From the NCBI GenBank assembly GCA_000092065.1, contig CP000582.1: a stretch of DNA of 64,000 nucleotides. One strand, given 5' to 3'. Positions 1 through 10,837 of this stretch are shown piece by piece (position 1 is the first letter of the stretch; every line of letters starts with the position of its first letter). The translations under genes were made by a program, and so were the position numbers. Source of the stretch: Ostreococcus lucimarinus. Lineage: Eukaryota. The notes under the pieces are model-generated. The model saw only the letters and a program-made list of their open reading frames with translations. It was not told the origin of the DNA and searched no databases.

Positions 1-24
1 ACGCGCGCGACGACGGAGGTGACG

Positions 25-1527
25 ATGGACGATCTGTCGCCGAACGATTACGCGTACAAGGCGCTCAAGCGACGATTCGACCACCTGGACGAGGGCGCGA
101 AGGGATACGTCACGAGCGATGACATGCGACGCGCGCTGGAGAAATTGAAGGTGCCGTGCACGGCGCAGAGCGCGGACGATTTCGTGCGACGAACGATCGA
201 CGAGGGGCGCGCGCGAGGCGCGCGCGAACGCGAACGCGACGACGGCGAAGGACGACCGCGGATGACGTTTAAGGAATTCGGGAATTTCGCGCTGCGGCGC
301 GAGCGCGAGCTGCTGAGGACGTTTCAGAAATTCGATGGGGATCGGTCGGGGTATCTCACGGCGAAACAGTTGAAGAGGGTGCTGATGCGAGAGGGATACG
401 CGACGGACGACGACGACGTGGAGGCGATGATGTATCGCATCAAGGCGGGGGAGGGCGCGTTTAGCAAGGGTAAGGGCTTGTTCAACGCGGCGAACGAAAA
501 ATTCGTGACGCTGGCCAAGGCGATCGACTTTACCGAGTTTCGTGACTTTTTGATGCTCTCGGACGCCATGGACGCCACGGAAGCGTTGAGCGTGTGGTCG
601 AGGTCCACCGTCGACGTCGGCGACGTGTCGTTAGCGTTTGCGAGCAAACGTAAAGCGAACGGAGGCGCTGGCGAGGTGATAAAGCACTTACTCGTGGGTG
701 CCATCTCTGGAGGCGTCTCTAGAACCGTCGTCGCGCCGCTCGAGCGGGCGAAGATTGAATACATGCTCGATTCAACGACCATCGCGCGCGACGGTGGTCT
801 CGTAGGAACTTTGAACAGAATCGTGCGAGATGAAGGCGCTGGAGGTCTGTTTCGCGGGAACACGCTCAACGTGTTGCGAATCGCCCCCACCAAAGCCGTC
901 GAGTTCTTCGTGTACGACAAGTTCAAGGATTACATCATACGAAACGGCGATCAAACCGAGCTCGACGGTGCGCAACGCATGCTCGGTGGTTCCGTGGCGA
1001 GCATGTGCGGCACAGCGTTGACGCATCCCGTGGACACGTTACGGTCGCGCGTCTCTGGCACCGGCATGCTGTTGGGCGACTGCTGGAAACAGCTCGTCGC
1101 CAACGAAGGCTACGGTGCGCTGTGGAAAGGTTTGGGTGCGAATATGGTGCGCGTAGCACCCTACGGCGCGATCAATTTCTACGTATACGACGCCTGCAAG
1201 GGTTTGTACCGGCGACAATTCGGTGAAAAGGCAAAGATGTCTGCGCTACCGACGATGTGTTTCGGCGCGCTCGCCGGCGCCGCGGCGCAAACGGGCGTGT
1301 ATCCACTCGAAATGATTCAACGTCGAATCCAAGTCGCCGGAATGAAGAAAGGTGCAGGATACGCCTATAAAAACATGTTCCATGGGATTTACGTCGTCGG
1401 AAAGAATGAAGGCATCGGTGCGCTTTACGCTGGCTTGATTCCGAATTACGCCAAGATTTTACCCTCGGCGGCAATTTCGTTTTACGTTTACGAGCTCATG
1501 AAGCAAGTGTTCGAAATCGACAAGTGA
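25..1527 (+). CDS. Ca2+-binding mitochondrial carrier (SCaMC / ATP-Mg/Pi type): N-terminal EF-hand pairs plus three mitochondrial-carrier repeats
   Basis: ORF 19..1527 begins with GTG; first ATG at 25 (MDDLSPNDYAYKAL...). EF-hand loops DHLDEGAKGYVTSDD and DGDRSGYLTAKQ; carrier signatures PLERAKIEYM, PVDTLRSR, PLEMIQRRIQ. The frame is open to the window edge, so the gene may begin upstream. Confidence 0.85.
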   Translation: MDDLSPNDYAYKALKRRFDHLDEGAKGYVTSDDMRRALEKLKVPCTAQSADDFVRRTIDEGRARGARERERDDGEGRPRMTFKEFGNFALRRERELLRTFQKFDGDRSGYLTAKQLKRVLMREGYATDDDDVEAMMYRIKAGEGAFSKGKGLFNAANEKFVTLAKAIDFTEFRDFLMLSDAMDATEALSVWSRSTVDVGDVSLAFASKRKANGGAGEVIKHLLVGAISGGVSRTVVAPLERAKIEYMLDSTTIARDGGLVGTLNRIVRDEGAGGLFRGNTLNVLRIAPTKAVEFFVYDKFKDYIIRNGDQTELDGAQRMLGGSVASMCGTALTHPVDTLRSRVSGTGMLLGDCWKQLVANEGYGALWKGLGANMVRVAPYGAINFYVYDACKGLYRRQFGEKAKMSALPTMCFGALAGAAAQTGVYPLEMIQRRIQVAGMKKGAGYAYKNMFHGIYVVGKNEGIGALYAGLIPNYAKILPSAAISFYVYELMKQVFEIDK

Positions 1528-1597
1528 ATGAGCATCTCAACGCACGCCAAATTAGGCTGTTATATACTAAAATCATGTTGTTACTACGTACTACTGT

Positions 1598-1602
1598 TGT
1601 AA
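1598..1602 (+). promoter_or_regulatory. TGTAA poly(A) signal downstream of carrier gene
   Basis: tgttgTAAtc lies about 70 nt after the stop codon. TGTAA is the chlorophyte poly(A) signal. It overlaps the 3' end of the convergent minus-strand gene. Confidence 0.45.
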
Positions 1603-1608
1603 TCAGAC

Positions 1609-2544
1609 TCACTTCTTTGAGCGTACTTCCGGAATTCGTTTTGGATCGTCCACCGGCGCGGGCATCGGATCCTTGGGCACTGCGGGTTCATCTTCAGGAG
1701 CGGCTTCAAACTTAAACCTCTCCTTGCTGTTTCGTAAGAACGCTCGTCCCAACCCACCCGCGATCTCGTGGTGAATGGCGTTCTCCACGAGCTCGTTTGC
1801 CTCCTCTTCGATGGCGCCAGCGTGCATTGGTAGCGCCAAGTCAGCGGAGTATGGATCGTATGGATCGTCTGACGGTTCCGTTGTCGGCTCCGGTGGTGTC
1901 GGTACAGGCTGCGGTGCCGGCTCTGGCTGTGGCTGCGACGCCGGCTCTGGCTGTGGCTGCGGCGCCGGCTCTGGCTGTGGCTGCGGCGCCGGCTCTGGCT
2001 GTGGCTGCGGCGCCGGCTCTGGCTGTGGCTGCGGCGCCGGCTCTGGCTGCGGCGCCGGCTGCGATGACGGCTCAGGCTGTGGCGTCGGCTGTGGCATCGG
2101 CGGCGGCGGATAAGTCGTGGACACATCCGGTGTCGTCGCTCTCGGTGCCGCACTCGGCCCTAAATCGCTATTCCTGGAGCTCGACGCCGAGTCCGAATCC
2201 ACCGTCACCTTTGCCGGCGAATCGTCGCCGTTAAAGTGTTGAAAGCCGAACGCCGCGACCGCTGCGAACGCCGCGAGCACGAACACCAGCGCGCACATCC
2301 GTCCACACCCGCGCTTAAACGACTCATTCCGCGCCCTTTGACGCTCTAAATACTCGGGCGCGTCTAACAACGACTCCCGTTCGCCTCCGCTTCGCGACGT
2401 CGCCCCGCCGCCGTCCCGCGCGATCTCTTCCGCGTTCCTCTCCCGCTCGATCGCCTTGGAATACCGCGCCGCGGTGGCGGCATATCGTTCGGAGTGTCTG
2501 AATGACCCACTCGCGCGATCAAGCGCCGGTCCGCGACCGCTCAT
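1609..2544 (-). CDS. Proline-rich single-pass membrane protein with (PQPEPA)n repeat
   Basis: ATG at 2544; one hydrophobic segment (ALVFVLAAFAAVAAFGF); then PQPEPAPQPQPEPA repeats encoded by a 24-bp tandem DNA repeat. No recognisable domain. Confidence 0.45.
   Translation of the reverse strand: MSGRGPALDRASGSFRHSERYAATAARYSKAIERERNAEEIARDGGGATSRSGGERESLLDAPEYLERQRARNESFKRGCGRMCALVFVLAAFAAVAAFGFQHFNGDDSPAKVTVDSDSASSSRNSDLGPSAAPRATTPDVSTTYPPPPMPQPTPQPEPSSQPAPQPEPAPQPQPEPAPQPQPEPAPQPQPEPAPQPQPEPASQPQPEPAPQPVPTPPEPTTEPSDDPYDPYSADLALPMHAGAIEEEANELVENAIHHEIAGGLGRAFLRNSKERFKFEAAPEDEPAVPKDPMPAPVDDPKRIPEVRSKK
1918..2060. repeat. 24-bp tandem repeat (gccggctctggctgtggctgcggc) x about 6, coding
   Basis: Near-perfect direct repeats visible in the sequence; they encode the PQPEPA tract on the minus strand. 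Confidence 0.85.
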
Positions 2545-2896
2545 CGCGTCGGCGTCGCCGTTCGACCGCGCTCAACACCCTACGCCGTTGCGTCCGTCTC
2601 GTTCGCGTCGAGCGACGTCGCACGGACGCGCGCGCGCGATCGTCGACGCGAACGAAAGTTCGCGACGTTCGTCGAGCTGTTACGGTCGATCAGACGATGT
2701 CGGCGCCGGCGAGCGCGTTGTGGCGCGGCTGCCATCGTGATGATGATTTCCATCCATGGGCGGGGTGTTGGTTTGAACAGAAGCCGCCGCGATAGGTGTA
2801 CACTTGCCGATGGTTACAAAGAGAATGGGGGAGACGAGATGCGCGAGCGATGTAGACTACTGCGATGGAACGTCGCGACCGAGCGGTCAGCCGTTT

Positions 2897-5813
2897 CTAT
2901 CCGCGAATTTTGAGCTCGCGGCCCTTCTGGCGCGCCTGAACGACGCCTCGACGCACGAGCTCTTTTTCGCATTCGAGAACGTCTTCGCGAAAATGTGCGC
3001 GAAGATCTGGGACGTTGGTCTTTTGAATGTCGTTTCCTCGTGTGCCATTGAGCCAATACTGATCACTCACCCAGTGCTTTTTCGACGCTCGCGGGAATCC
3101 GCTGTTTAAAACGCTGGTTTTGGCGATTTCACACAAGTCGGCGGCGCTGAGTTTCCAAACTTGCGCGGCGACGGAGTACTCCTCGACCAAAGGCTCTTTG
3201 GTCATGTGAATCATGAGTGGATCATCCGTACTGAGTGATACTCGCAAACCTCGAGCAAAGAACACCGGGAACGGGTTCTTATGATAATCGATGAATAACG
3301 AGTTGTTGCTCAAGGGCGACATGTCGAGCGGAATTTGCGTGAGATAGTACAGGTATTGCAGACACGGCGACTTGCGCAGGTTCAAGCCGTGCGCAATATT
3401 CTTCGCGAGCATAAATGTGGTGCACAGGTGATCGATGTCTCCCGCCTCACCGGCGTGAGGCCTGAAGGCGATGGTATTCAACCCTTTACTGACGCGCAAT
3501 GCGTTCAGCGTGTACAGGTTGGCGTACACGTAGTAGGCGTAGTAGGCGTACGCGGGGTTGTGAGACACGTCCCAGTCCACTGGTACACGCATGTGCTTAC
3601 TTGGTCTGCGCTCAGGTTTCGATTCGTCGTCTACCATGTCCACCCCGATCACCATTTGGAGAAACGTATGCAACTTTGGATGCGACGAAGGGTCTACCGT
3701 GACTTCAAACAGAGGCTTGAAAATGTTATCGAGCATCTGCTGGAAGTTTTTCATCGTCCCATTACTGTGGTAGATGTTGTACAATCGCGGTATCTGAATC
3801 ATCCATACGATATTTTCGCTGAAGACGTTGTTATTCAGCACCCAAGCCGCGAGATTGTCCCATTCGCCGGGTTTACGCCCATAGATGGAGATGCGATACT
3901 CCGCCATGGTGTATTTGTTCGCCTCCAAGTCCGAGCATACTTGCTTCGTGAGCTCGGCGAGGAACCGACCACGAATCAAGTTGTCTTGCTTGATGAAAAT
4001 TTCTCGCAAGCGAGACTGTCCCATGGGGTTGTACTTGAGATTGAACCTATCGAAGCGATGAAACGTATTCTTGTCCGCGTGCATGTCCAATGTATCGACG
4101 TTGAGTTCGTATGCCGTCATTCCGATCGATTCGAACACCTCTCGAAGGTTCAAAAACTTGCCGTCCCGATAAACCACAAGTTCGTGAGGCTCTCGTTTAA
4201 GCTTGGACTTGATGAAGCGCAACAAGTGCTTTTGGTTCATGCACGCGCTGTGATGCACGTGCGTATCAACCTTTCTGACGTTGTAAAAGTCGCGATGTGG
4301 CGCCTTCTTTTGCTCTAAAAACTCTCGATCAGCGTTCAACATGACGTGTAGATTGAACTTTTGCTCCGTCAACAACAGCCTTTTGTGACAAAACGTCTTC
4401 GATGGACCGTACGATTGCACCTTTAGTAATGCGTGCAAGTCGTAGAAGAAATCTGTCGCCGTGCCGGGCGGTTTATGCGCCAACTCGACCTCGCCTTGCG
4501 CGTTCGGGTGGTACACGTGCATGACTCCATCGATCATTTCGAACGTGTGCTGCGATTTAGGTGGTAGCGGCGGCATTTTATCCACCTTACCGACGATAGG
4601 ACATGCCCCTTCACTGTCGTCGAATAACCACTTGTCGCGTAAACCGAGCGCGTACTCTAGCATGAGGCACACTTCCTCGCATTCGTCACCCAAGGTTTCC
4701 ATCATTTCAGTCGCGACTTTTTCGTACTGCATATCTGATTCTCCGGCGTGCGTCACGCGCGGCGACGAAAATAGACCGTTCGCCGCGGCACCACCACTGC
4801 CCGATCGTTGGAACAATTCTCGTCCGATGGCGCGGTCCGCCGGTTTCAAACCGATGGGCATGTTACCGTCGGGGGTCGCCGTCCACGGCGTCTTGACGGT
4901 CCTAGGCGACGTGACCCCACTCTCATTCGACGCCGAGGGCGTCGGAGTCAGCGTCGCTTTGTCGTGCATTTTCTCCTGAAGCTTTTCCATCGTGCGTTCG
5001 AGCTCGACGCTGGCGCTCAACGCTCGCGGCAACGGCGACTCGATCAACCGCTCTATGCTCGAGTCCGGCGCACCGTACGCTCGCCCACGTCGCGCCATGG
5101 GCGATTCCACGACGTCTATGTGCGTGCGTTCTTCCTCACCTTCGGTCTCTGTTTCTGTTTCCGGTTCGACTTCCGTCTCCGTTAAACCGTCGTTCGCCGC
5201 CCACGCGAGTTGACTCAGCGGCCCGCGTTTCTTCGGCGTGCCGAGACTGACGTCTCGAGATAATCGTCCGTTGTGATGACTGCCATCTTCACCGCCGTCC
5301 GAAACCGTCTGTCCGAACGCGTTCGCCTTCGTCGGCGTCCCCGGCGTCGACCGGTTCGCCGACGCGTACGCCGGATACTCCTCCACGTCCGCCAAGCTCC
5401 CCGAGATCGATCTCGACTGCGACAACCGACTGACACTCGTCGCGTCGCTCTTCTCTCGTCCCGACGGCGACGCCGCGCCGCTGCTTCCGGTTCGTCGCCG
5501 TCCCGAGCGCGCGCCTCGTCCCGAGCTCTTGCCAGAGTTTTGTTGCTCGGCCAGCTGCTTCTCGCGTTCTATCGCCTCCAGCGCGGTGAGCAGGCCGATT
5601 TGCTGTTCACTAAAGTCTTTCGCCGCGCTCTTCAGCGCGTACGCCGACGCGATGGCGAGCTGCGCGTCGCGTGAGCGTCAACCGTCAGTCCGAGGCGTTG
5701 GATTTCAAACAAACTTCAACTCTGCGCGCGGGCGAAGCGATGCGCACCGTCGACGCGAGGGCGGCGACGAGCGTGAACCCCACGAAGAACGCGCGCCCGT
5801 CGTCGTCGGACAT
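2897..5813 (-). CDS. AMP deaminase. Main exon 2897..5659; probable 5' exon about 5748..5813 encoding an N-terminal TM helix; intron about 5660..5747.
   Basis: AMPD catalytic motifs SLSTDDPL, FRPHAGEAGDIDHL, HGLNLRKSP. The main frame is open upstream to 5677 with no ATG before 5098. The upstream ORF contains MSDDDGRAFFVGFTLVAALAST (a TM helix, as in plant AMPD), followed by GTGCGC (candidate donor); ACTGAC lies 24 nt before CGCGCAG at the main ORF; splicing is phase 0 and in frame. An alternative donor GTTGAA would give a 61-nt intron. Confidence 0.8.
5660..5747 (-). other. Putative spliceosomal intron of AMP deaminase gene
   Basis: GTGCGC...ACTGAC...CAG; in-frame TGA inside; inference only. 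Confidence 0.35.
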
Positions 5814-5998
5814 GACGATCACCGCGCGCGCGTCGTGGACTGAGGACGGCGACGCGTCGGAGTCTCGGGACGTCTGGCGGCGCCGGCGCCGCCGCCGCCG
5901 AACGAACATCCGTGGATGCGACGATGACACGGCGATCGCTCGCCCGCTAAATATGTCGCTACAAACGCTAAACTAACGTCGCTAGGGGATCCGCGCGT

Positions 5999-7450
5999 CT
6001 ACGGCGCGGCGTCGAGCGGTGGCGCTCGAGCGAAGACGAGGCTGGCGTTGGTGCCGCCGAAACCAAACGAGTTGCTCATCGCCGCTCGAGCGTCGTCGCG
6101 CAGTCGAGCCGCGACGCCACCAGCGCCGACGATTGGGATTCGTAAGTTTGGGTCGACCGTGTCGTATCCGAACGTCGGAGGCACGTCTCCGGTGTGAAGA
6201 GCCATGACGGTGTACGCGGCTTCGATGGCGCCCGCGGCGCCGAGCAAATGCCCGGTGGCGCCCTTCGTGGACGTCGTGAGCACGCGCCCAGACTCGATCG
6301 CGTCCGCACCGAAGACTGTTTTGAGCGCCATGGCTTCTGCGGCGTCGCCCAAAGGCGTCCCCGTGGCGTGCGCGTTGACGTATCCAACGTCGAGCGGATC
6401 GTCGACGCCGGCGTCTCGCATGGCGGCTCGCATCGCGCGCGCCGCGCCTTCGCCATCCGGGCTCGCGCGCGTGACGTGGTGCGCGTCTCCCGACGCGCCG
6501 TAGCCGCGTATCTCGGCGTACACCTTATCGACGCCTCGCGCGCGCGCGTGTTCGAGAGTTTCGAGCACTAAAACCCCCGCGCCTTCGCCCATGACGAAGC
6601 CGTCGCGCGCGACGTCAAACGGTTTCGCTCTCCCCGTCGCGCTCAGCGCCCTCGCCTTGGCGAACGCCGCCAATGAAACGGCATCTATGCATCCCTCAGC
6701 ACCACCGGCGATCATCACGTTCGCATCGCCGCGCTGTAGCGCCCTAAACGCGTCCCCTATGCAGTGCGCCGACGTCGCGCACGCCGTCGCCGCCGCCAAA
6801 TTCGGCCCTCGAAACCCGTGATCCATCGATATCCTCCCCGCCCCCGCGTTGGCCAAAATCCGCGGCACAAAGTACGGCGATATCCTCCGCAGTTCACCCT
6901 TCGCCATCCAACCTCCCGCGCGCGTTAAATCGCTCGCGCCTCCCATCCCCGCGCCGAACGACACCCCCACGTCGTCCCTCGGCGCGTCCCTCGCGCTCGT
7001 CATCCCCGCGTCCTCGATCGCCTCCTTCGCCGCGCACCGTCCGTACGCCACGAACGACGCCAAACTTCCTCCATCGCTCCACGCGTTCGCGTCGTACCCT
7101 TCCCTTCGGTTCACGACGCCCGCGTGCCGCGTTCGCGCCCGCGCGCCGTCGCTCGCCGCGAGCGCGTTCCAGCACTCGCGCGCGAGATCGTCCTCGCGCA
7201 GCGCCCGCGTCGCGCCCGCGTTCGCCAGCAGCGCGCGCCAGTTCTCCGCCGTCGTCCGCGCGAGCGGGGTGACGAGTCCGACGCCCGTGACGACGACGCG
7301 GCGCGGATAAAGCGCGTCGAGCGGGACACCGCGCGCGTAATGGGACATCGACCGTCGCGCGTCGCCGAGGCGTCGCGAGCCATCGCGCGACGCGCGAAGC
7401 GCTTCGAGGACTCGCGTCGACGCGTCGCGACGCGCCGACGCGAGCGCCAT
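5999..7450 (-). CDS. 3-oxoacyl-[ACP] synthase (KAS I/II family; possibly mitochondrial or plastid)
   Basis: Active-site region GPNLAAATACATSAHCIGDAFRALQRGD plus C-terminal NSFGFGGTNASLVF. ATG (MALASARRD...) at 7450 gives a presequence-like N-terminus. The longer Arg-rich upstream extension of the ORF is considered spurious. Confidence 0.8.
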   Translation of the reverse strand: MALASARRDASTRVLEALRASRDGSRRLGDARRSMSHYARGVPLDALYPRRVVVTGVGLVTPLARTTAENWRALLANAGATRALREDDLARECWNALAASDGARARTRHAGVVNRREGYDANAWSDGGSLASFVAYGRCAAKEAIEDAGMTSARDAPRDDVGVSFGAGMGGASDLTRAGGWMAKGELRRISPYFVPRILANAGAGRISMDHGFRGPNLAAATACATSAHCIGDAFRALQRGDANVMIAGGAEGCIDAVSLAAFAKARALSATGRAKPFDVARDGFVMGEGAGVLVLETLEHARARGVDKVYAEIRGYGASGDAHHVTRASPDGEGAARAMRAAMRDAGVDDPLDVGYVNAHATGTPLGDAAEAMALKTVFGADAIESGRVLTTSTKGATGHLLGAAGAIEAAYTVMALHTGDVPPTFGYDTVDPNLRIPIVGAGGVAARLRDDARAAMSNSFGFGGTNASLVFARAPPLDAAP

Positions 7451-7537
7451 CGCGGTGTGCGGCGTCGACGACGCGATGACGTCGACGATGGATGCGACGG
7501 CGACGGCGACACAGAGCGACGCGCGGTGCCGACGGCG

Positions 7538-8398
7538 ATGACGCGCGCGCTCGGCGCGACGCGCGCGAGCCGCGGGCGCGTCGCGCGCGTCTCGCGCGTC
7601 TCGCGCGACCGGACGACGCGCCGAGCGCGCGGCGCGACGCGCGTCGAAGCCGCGGCGGATAAAGCGCCGTCGGTCGTCGTGCTCGGAGGGTCGGGATTCG
7701 TCGGCGCGCGCGTCGTCGAGGCGCTCGCGCGCGCGGGCGCGCGCGTGACGACCATCTCTCGCTCGGGACGCGACGCGACGGGCGCGCGCGAGGCGCGGGC
7801 GGTGGATCTGGCGGAGGCGAGCGCGGCGCGCGAGGCGCTGGCGGAGGCGCTGCGAGACGTCGACTGCGTCGTGTCGTGCGTCGGCGTCATCGGCGGCGAT
7901 GACGAGGCGATGCGGAGAGGGAACGGGGATCATAACGTGCTCGCGATCGAGGCGGCGAAGAAAGCGGGCGTCGGGCGGTTCGTGTACGTGAGCGTGGCGA
8001 GCGTCGTGCCGGACGTCGTGGGCAAGACGCCGTTGATGAGGGGGTACTTTGAGGGTAAGCGCGACGCGGAGGCGTGCTTGCGCGAGAATTACGCGGAAGG
8101 TGATTACTTCATCGTGAAACCGAGCTTCATTTACGGCGGGGATGCGTTTTCGTTGACGCCGCCGCGAGTGACGAAGACGTACGGCGACGTCTTGGCCAAG
8201 GTGCTCGGCAGCGGACCCGTCAAGGCTTTGGCGGCGAAAGCGCCGGGACCGATCGCGTTGACGCTCGCGGAACCGGTGAGCGTGGAAGACGTCGCGGGTG
8301 CGTGCGTGGCGGGCGCGATGGGGACGTACAGCGCGTCCAACGTCGTCGACGGGACGGACGACATCAAAAAAGCCGCCGCCGCCGTCGCCGCCGCGTGA
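7538..8398 (+). CDS. NAD(P)-binding atypical SDR (NmrA/TIC62-like Rossmann protein), probably organelle-targeted
   Basis: VVVLGGSGFVGARVVEAL Rossmann motif; Arg/Ser/Thr-rich N-terminus from the ATG at 7538. Only 87 bp separate its start from the divergent KAS start. Confidence 0.6.
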   Translation: MTRALGATRASRGRVARVSRVSRDRTTRRARGATRVEAAADKAPSVVVLGGSGFVGARVVEALARAGARVTTISRSGRDATGAREARAVDLAEASAAREALAEALRDVDCVVSCVGVIGGDDEAMRRGNGDHNVLAIEAAKKAGVGRFVYVSVASVVPDVVGKTPLMRGYFEGKRDAEACLRENYAEGDYFIVKPSFIYGGDAFSLTPPRVTKTYGDVLAKVLGSGPVKALAAKAPGPIALTLAEPVSVEDVAGACVAGAMGTYSASNVVDGTDDIKKAAAAVAAA

Positions 8399-8415
8399 GT
8401 CGATACGAATGGTTT

Positions 8416-8420
8416 TGTAA
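8416..8420 (+). promoter_or_regulatory. TGTAA poly(A) signal
   Basis: ggttTTGTAAcg lies 18 nt after the stop at 8398. Confidence 0.5.
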
Positions 8421-8487
8421 CGAAGCGCGCGCGCAATATCATTTCACCGACTGTCGTCCTAAACACAAAAAATACTGTACTCGTTCA

Positions 8488-9738
8488 CTACTTTTTCGTC
8501 CCCTTGATCATGCCGTACGTCATCAAACCTGACTCGAACGCGCGAGCCATGCGTTCGAGGGTGACGATTTCGCGCACAACCTTGTACCACTGGCGAGGCC
8601 CGGCGAACACCACGGGCCACGGATCCCAAACCCCGACCCAGATCGAGTGACGCCACGACACGAGCGTGTTCTTCACCCAGTTCTCCGATCCCGTGCGCGC
8701 CATGGCGCCGGTGCCTCGTAAAAGACGTTCGTATTCCTCGTACGAGATAAAGTACGGGTGCGCCCACTCTTCGTAGAGAAATTGCAAGTTGCTCTTCTCC
8801 TTCTCCGTGAACTCCGGCGGCGTCTCGCGCTGACACCACGTCGCGATGACGATTTTACCACCAGGTTTTAACACTCGCACCATCTCCTCGACGTACTTTT
8901 TCTTATCCGGCATGTGCTCGCCGCTCTCGCACGCCCACACTAAATCAAACGTGTCGTCCTCGAATTCCATCGCCAGCGCATTCATCACCTGGAACTTCGC
9001 GTTCGGCACTCCTTGCTCCGCCGCCAGTTCTGTCGCGCGTTTCACCTGATTCGGCGAGAGCGTAATCCCAGTCACCGACGTGCCTTGACCGAAGCGCTTC
9101 GCCAAGTGTCGAGACGTCCCGCCGATGCCGCACCCGACGTCCAGCACCTTTGCCGGCTTATCAGCCTCGCTCCAATCCGCCATCTCGTCCACGAAATCAA
9201 ATTTGGCTTGAATGAAATCCTTCACCTTGCACCCGAGCAGCGTCCCCGCCCCTTTCGCCAGCTCCTCGTCGCTGTACCATCCCAAGTGTATGTGTTCGCC
9301 CCAGTAATATTCCAATATCCCCTCCTCCGTCCACGCGTCGTACTCCGTCCCGACCGTGTTCGCCCCGTCCACGTACGTTCGACTCGGCGTATCGAACACG
9401 TACTTTATCCCGCGTCCGACCGCGAGCGCCCCGAGCGCGATCGCCGCGTTCTCCGTCGTCGCCCAGCTCGGCGTTCGCGGCGTCGCGTTCGCGCTCGCGC
9501 CCTCGCTCGCGCGTCGCGCGCTCGTCCGCGTCTTCGCCGACGCGACGTCGCCGACCACCGCACCGCGCGCGTTTGAGCGCGGTCGCGCGCTGAGCTCTTC
9601 GATGGACAGCGCGCGCGGCGCGGGCGGCGTCTCGGCGACGGCGCGCGGATGACGTCCTCGATGACGTCGCGGCGTCGCGCGCGCGCGCGCCAGGGGCGCG
9701 CGCGCGCGCTCGGGGGCGAGGCGCGCGCTGGCGAACAT
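8488..9738 (-). CDS. MPBQ/MSBQ methyltransferase, cyanobacterial sll0418 type (plastoquinone/tocopherol; VTE3-like)
   Basis: SAM motif LDVGCGIGGTSRHLAKRFG and C-terminal WRHSIWVGVWDPWP...TYGMIKG, typical of sll0418-type MPBQ methyltransferase. Transit-peptide-like N-terminus from the ATG at 9738. Confidence 0.75.
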   Translation of the reverse strand: MFASARLAPERARAPLARARATPRRHRGRHPRAVAETPPAPRALSIEELSARPRSNARGAVVGDVASAKTRTSARRASEGASANATPRTPSWATTENAAIALGALAVGRGIKYVFDTPSRTYVDGANTVGTEYDAWTEEGILEYYWGEHIHLGWYSDEELAKGAGTLLGCKVKDFIQAKFDFVDEMADWSEADKPAKVLDVGCGIGGTSRHLAKRFGQGTSVTGITLSPNQVKRATELAAEQGVPNAKFQVMNALAMEFEDDTFDLVWACESGEHMPDKKKYVEEMVRVLKPGGKIVIATWCQRETPPEFTEKEKSNLQFLYEEWAHPYFISYEEYERLLRGTGAMARTGSENWVKNTLVSWRHSIWVGVWDPWPVVFAGPRQWYKVVREIVTLERMARAFESGLMTYGMIKGTKK

Positions 9739-9872
9739 CGTCGCGATTCGCGAGCGCGCGCGCGAGGCGCGGTGCGACGCGTGCGAGGCGCGGTGTGACG
9801 CGGACGCGAGTGGATAGAGTGCGTCCAAATGCGTTGCAAGGGACGCGACGAGACGCGACGGCGAAGAAACGC

Positions 9873-10837
9873 TCACTTTTGGCCGAACAAAGACTTGAAC
9901 GCCTTGATGGCGTTGGTGTTGATGAGCGGCTCGTCGAACTTGTCCATGAGCTCGGTGAATTCGGGCTGCTTTTGCACGAATTCCAAGCTCGGGTCGGTGC
10001 GAATCTTGCGGTAGTCGATCCAACCCGCGGACATGCATCGCTTGAGCGCGAGCAAGGATTCATCCGCCTTGCCGAGCTTGGAGAAGCAGCACGCGATGTT
10101 GTACTGAGCGACCTTGTAGATCTCCGTCGTCTTGGAAAAATCGTCACCCATGTAGTTCTTCGGTTCCAACGCCGCGACTTCCTCAAAGACGATTAACGCG
10201 TTGTCGAAATCCTTGCCGTTGTAAAGCTCGATGGCTTCGTCGAACATGTCTAATCTCTGGTTCTCCAACTCGCGCTTTTTGGAGTAGTTGTTCATTTGTT
10301 GTTCCTTCGTCCCGGCGCCGTAGTTACCACCCGCGCGTTCGCTCTTGAACGCCGAGCTCTTTTCGGTTTGTTGAAGCGCCGACAAGTCGCCGTCCATGTC
10401 CGTCATCTTCAAGTAGATGTCGCCGTTTCTATTCTTAATCGCGTACATCACCTGTCCGTACGACTCAGCGCCCCAGATCTCATCCCCGAACGACGCGCTC
10501 ACGGCTTCAATCTTATCGCCGACCTGGAATCGGTCGTAGATCGGGTCCGTGGGGACGAAGACGACGTACGCGCCGCCGTCGTTGCCTCGGTTAAACTTCA
10601 GCTCGATCGGCTTCGGGAGCGTCGCTGTGTGGAAAGGAAACGCGCGTTTCATCGTCAGTCATCGCGCGCGAACGAACACACGAAAGTGGCTCTGGGCGTA
10701 CCTTCGTACGTGTCCCCCTTGGCCGCGCGCACGACGGAGAACCGGCGCGCGATGTGCGAGTGACGTCGATCCTTGGTGAAAGTGGATAACGACGCCGTGT
10801 TGAGCGCCGCGGCGCGCTGGGCGTGCAGAGCGGACAT
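9873..10837 (-). CDS. Predicted plastid-targeted protein (PDZ-like N-region plus TPR-like C-region). Two exons: 10702..10837 and 9873..10624.
   Basis: Exon 1 reads MSALHAQRAAALNTASLSTF...RFSVVRAAKGDTYE (transit-peptide-like) and ends at the GTACGC donor; a 77-nt intron carries the ACTGAC branch and a CACACAG acceptor; the splice is in frame into ...ATLPKPIELKFN... No family assigned. Confidence 0.5.
10625..10701 (-). other. Spliceosomal intron (77 nt)
   Basis: GTACGCCCAG...GATGACTGACGATG...CCACACAG; restores the reading frame exactly. Confidence 0.6.

Noticed and set aside
1918-2060. Possibility that the tandem repeats (24-bp, 99-bp, 108-bp, 60-bp) are CRISPR arrays or minisatellite mobile elements
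   Set aside because: The units are directly adjacent with no unique spacers. Most are in-frame coding repeats. No cas-like genes are present, and the genome is eukaryotic.
3335-4318. 327-aa plus-strand ORF
   Set aside because: It lies wholly antisense to the AMP-deaminase catalytic domain, has no recognisable motifs, and fits the GC-driven open antisense frames seen throughout the window.
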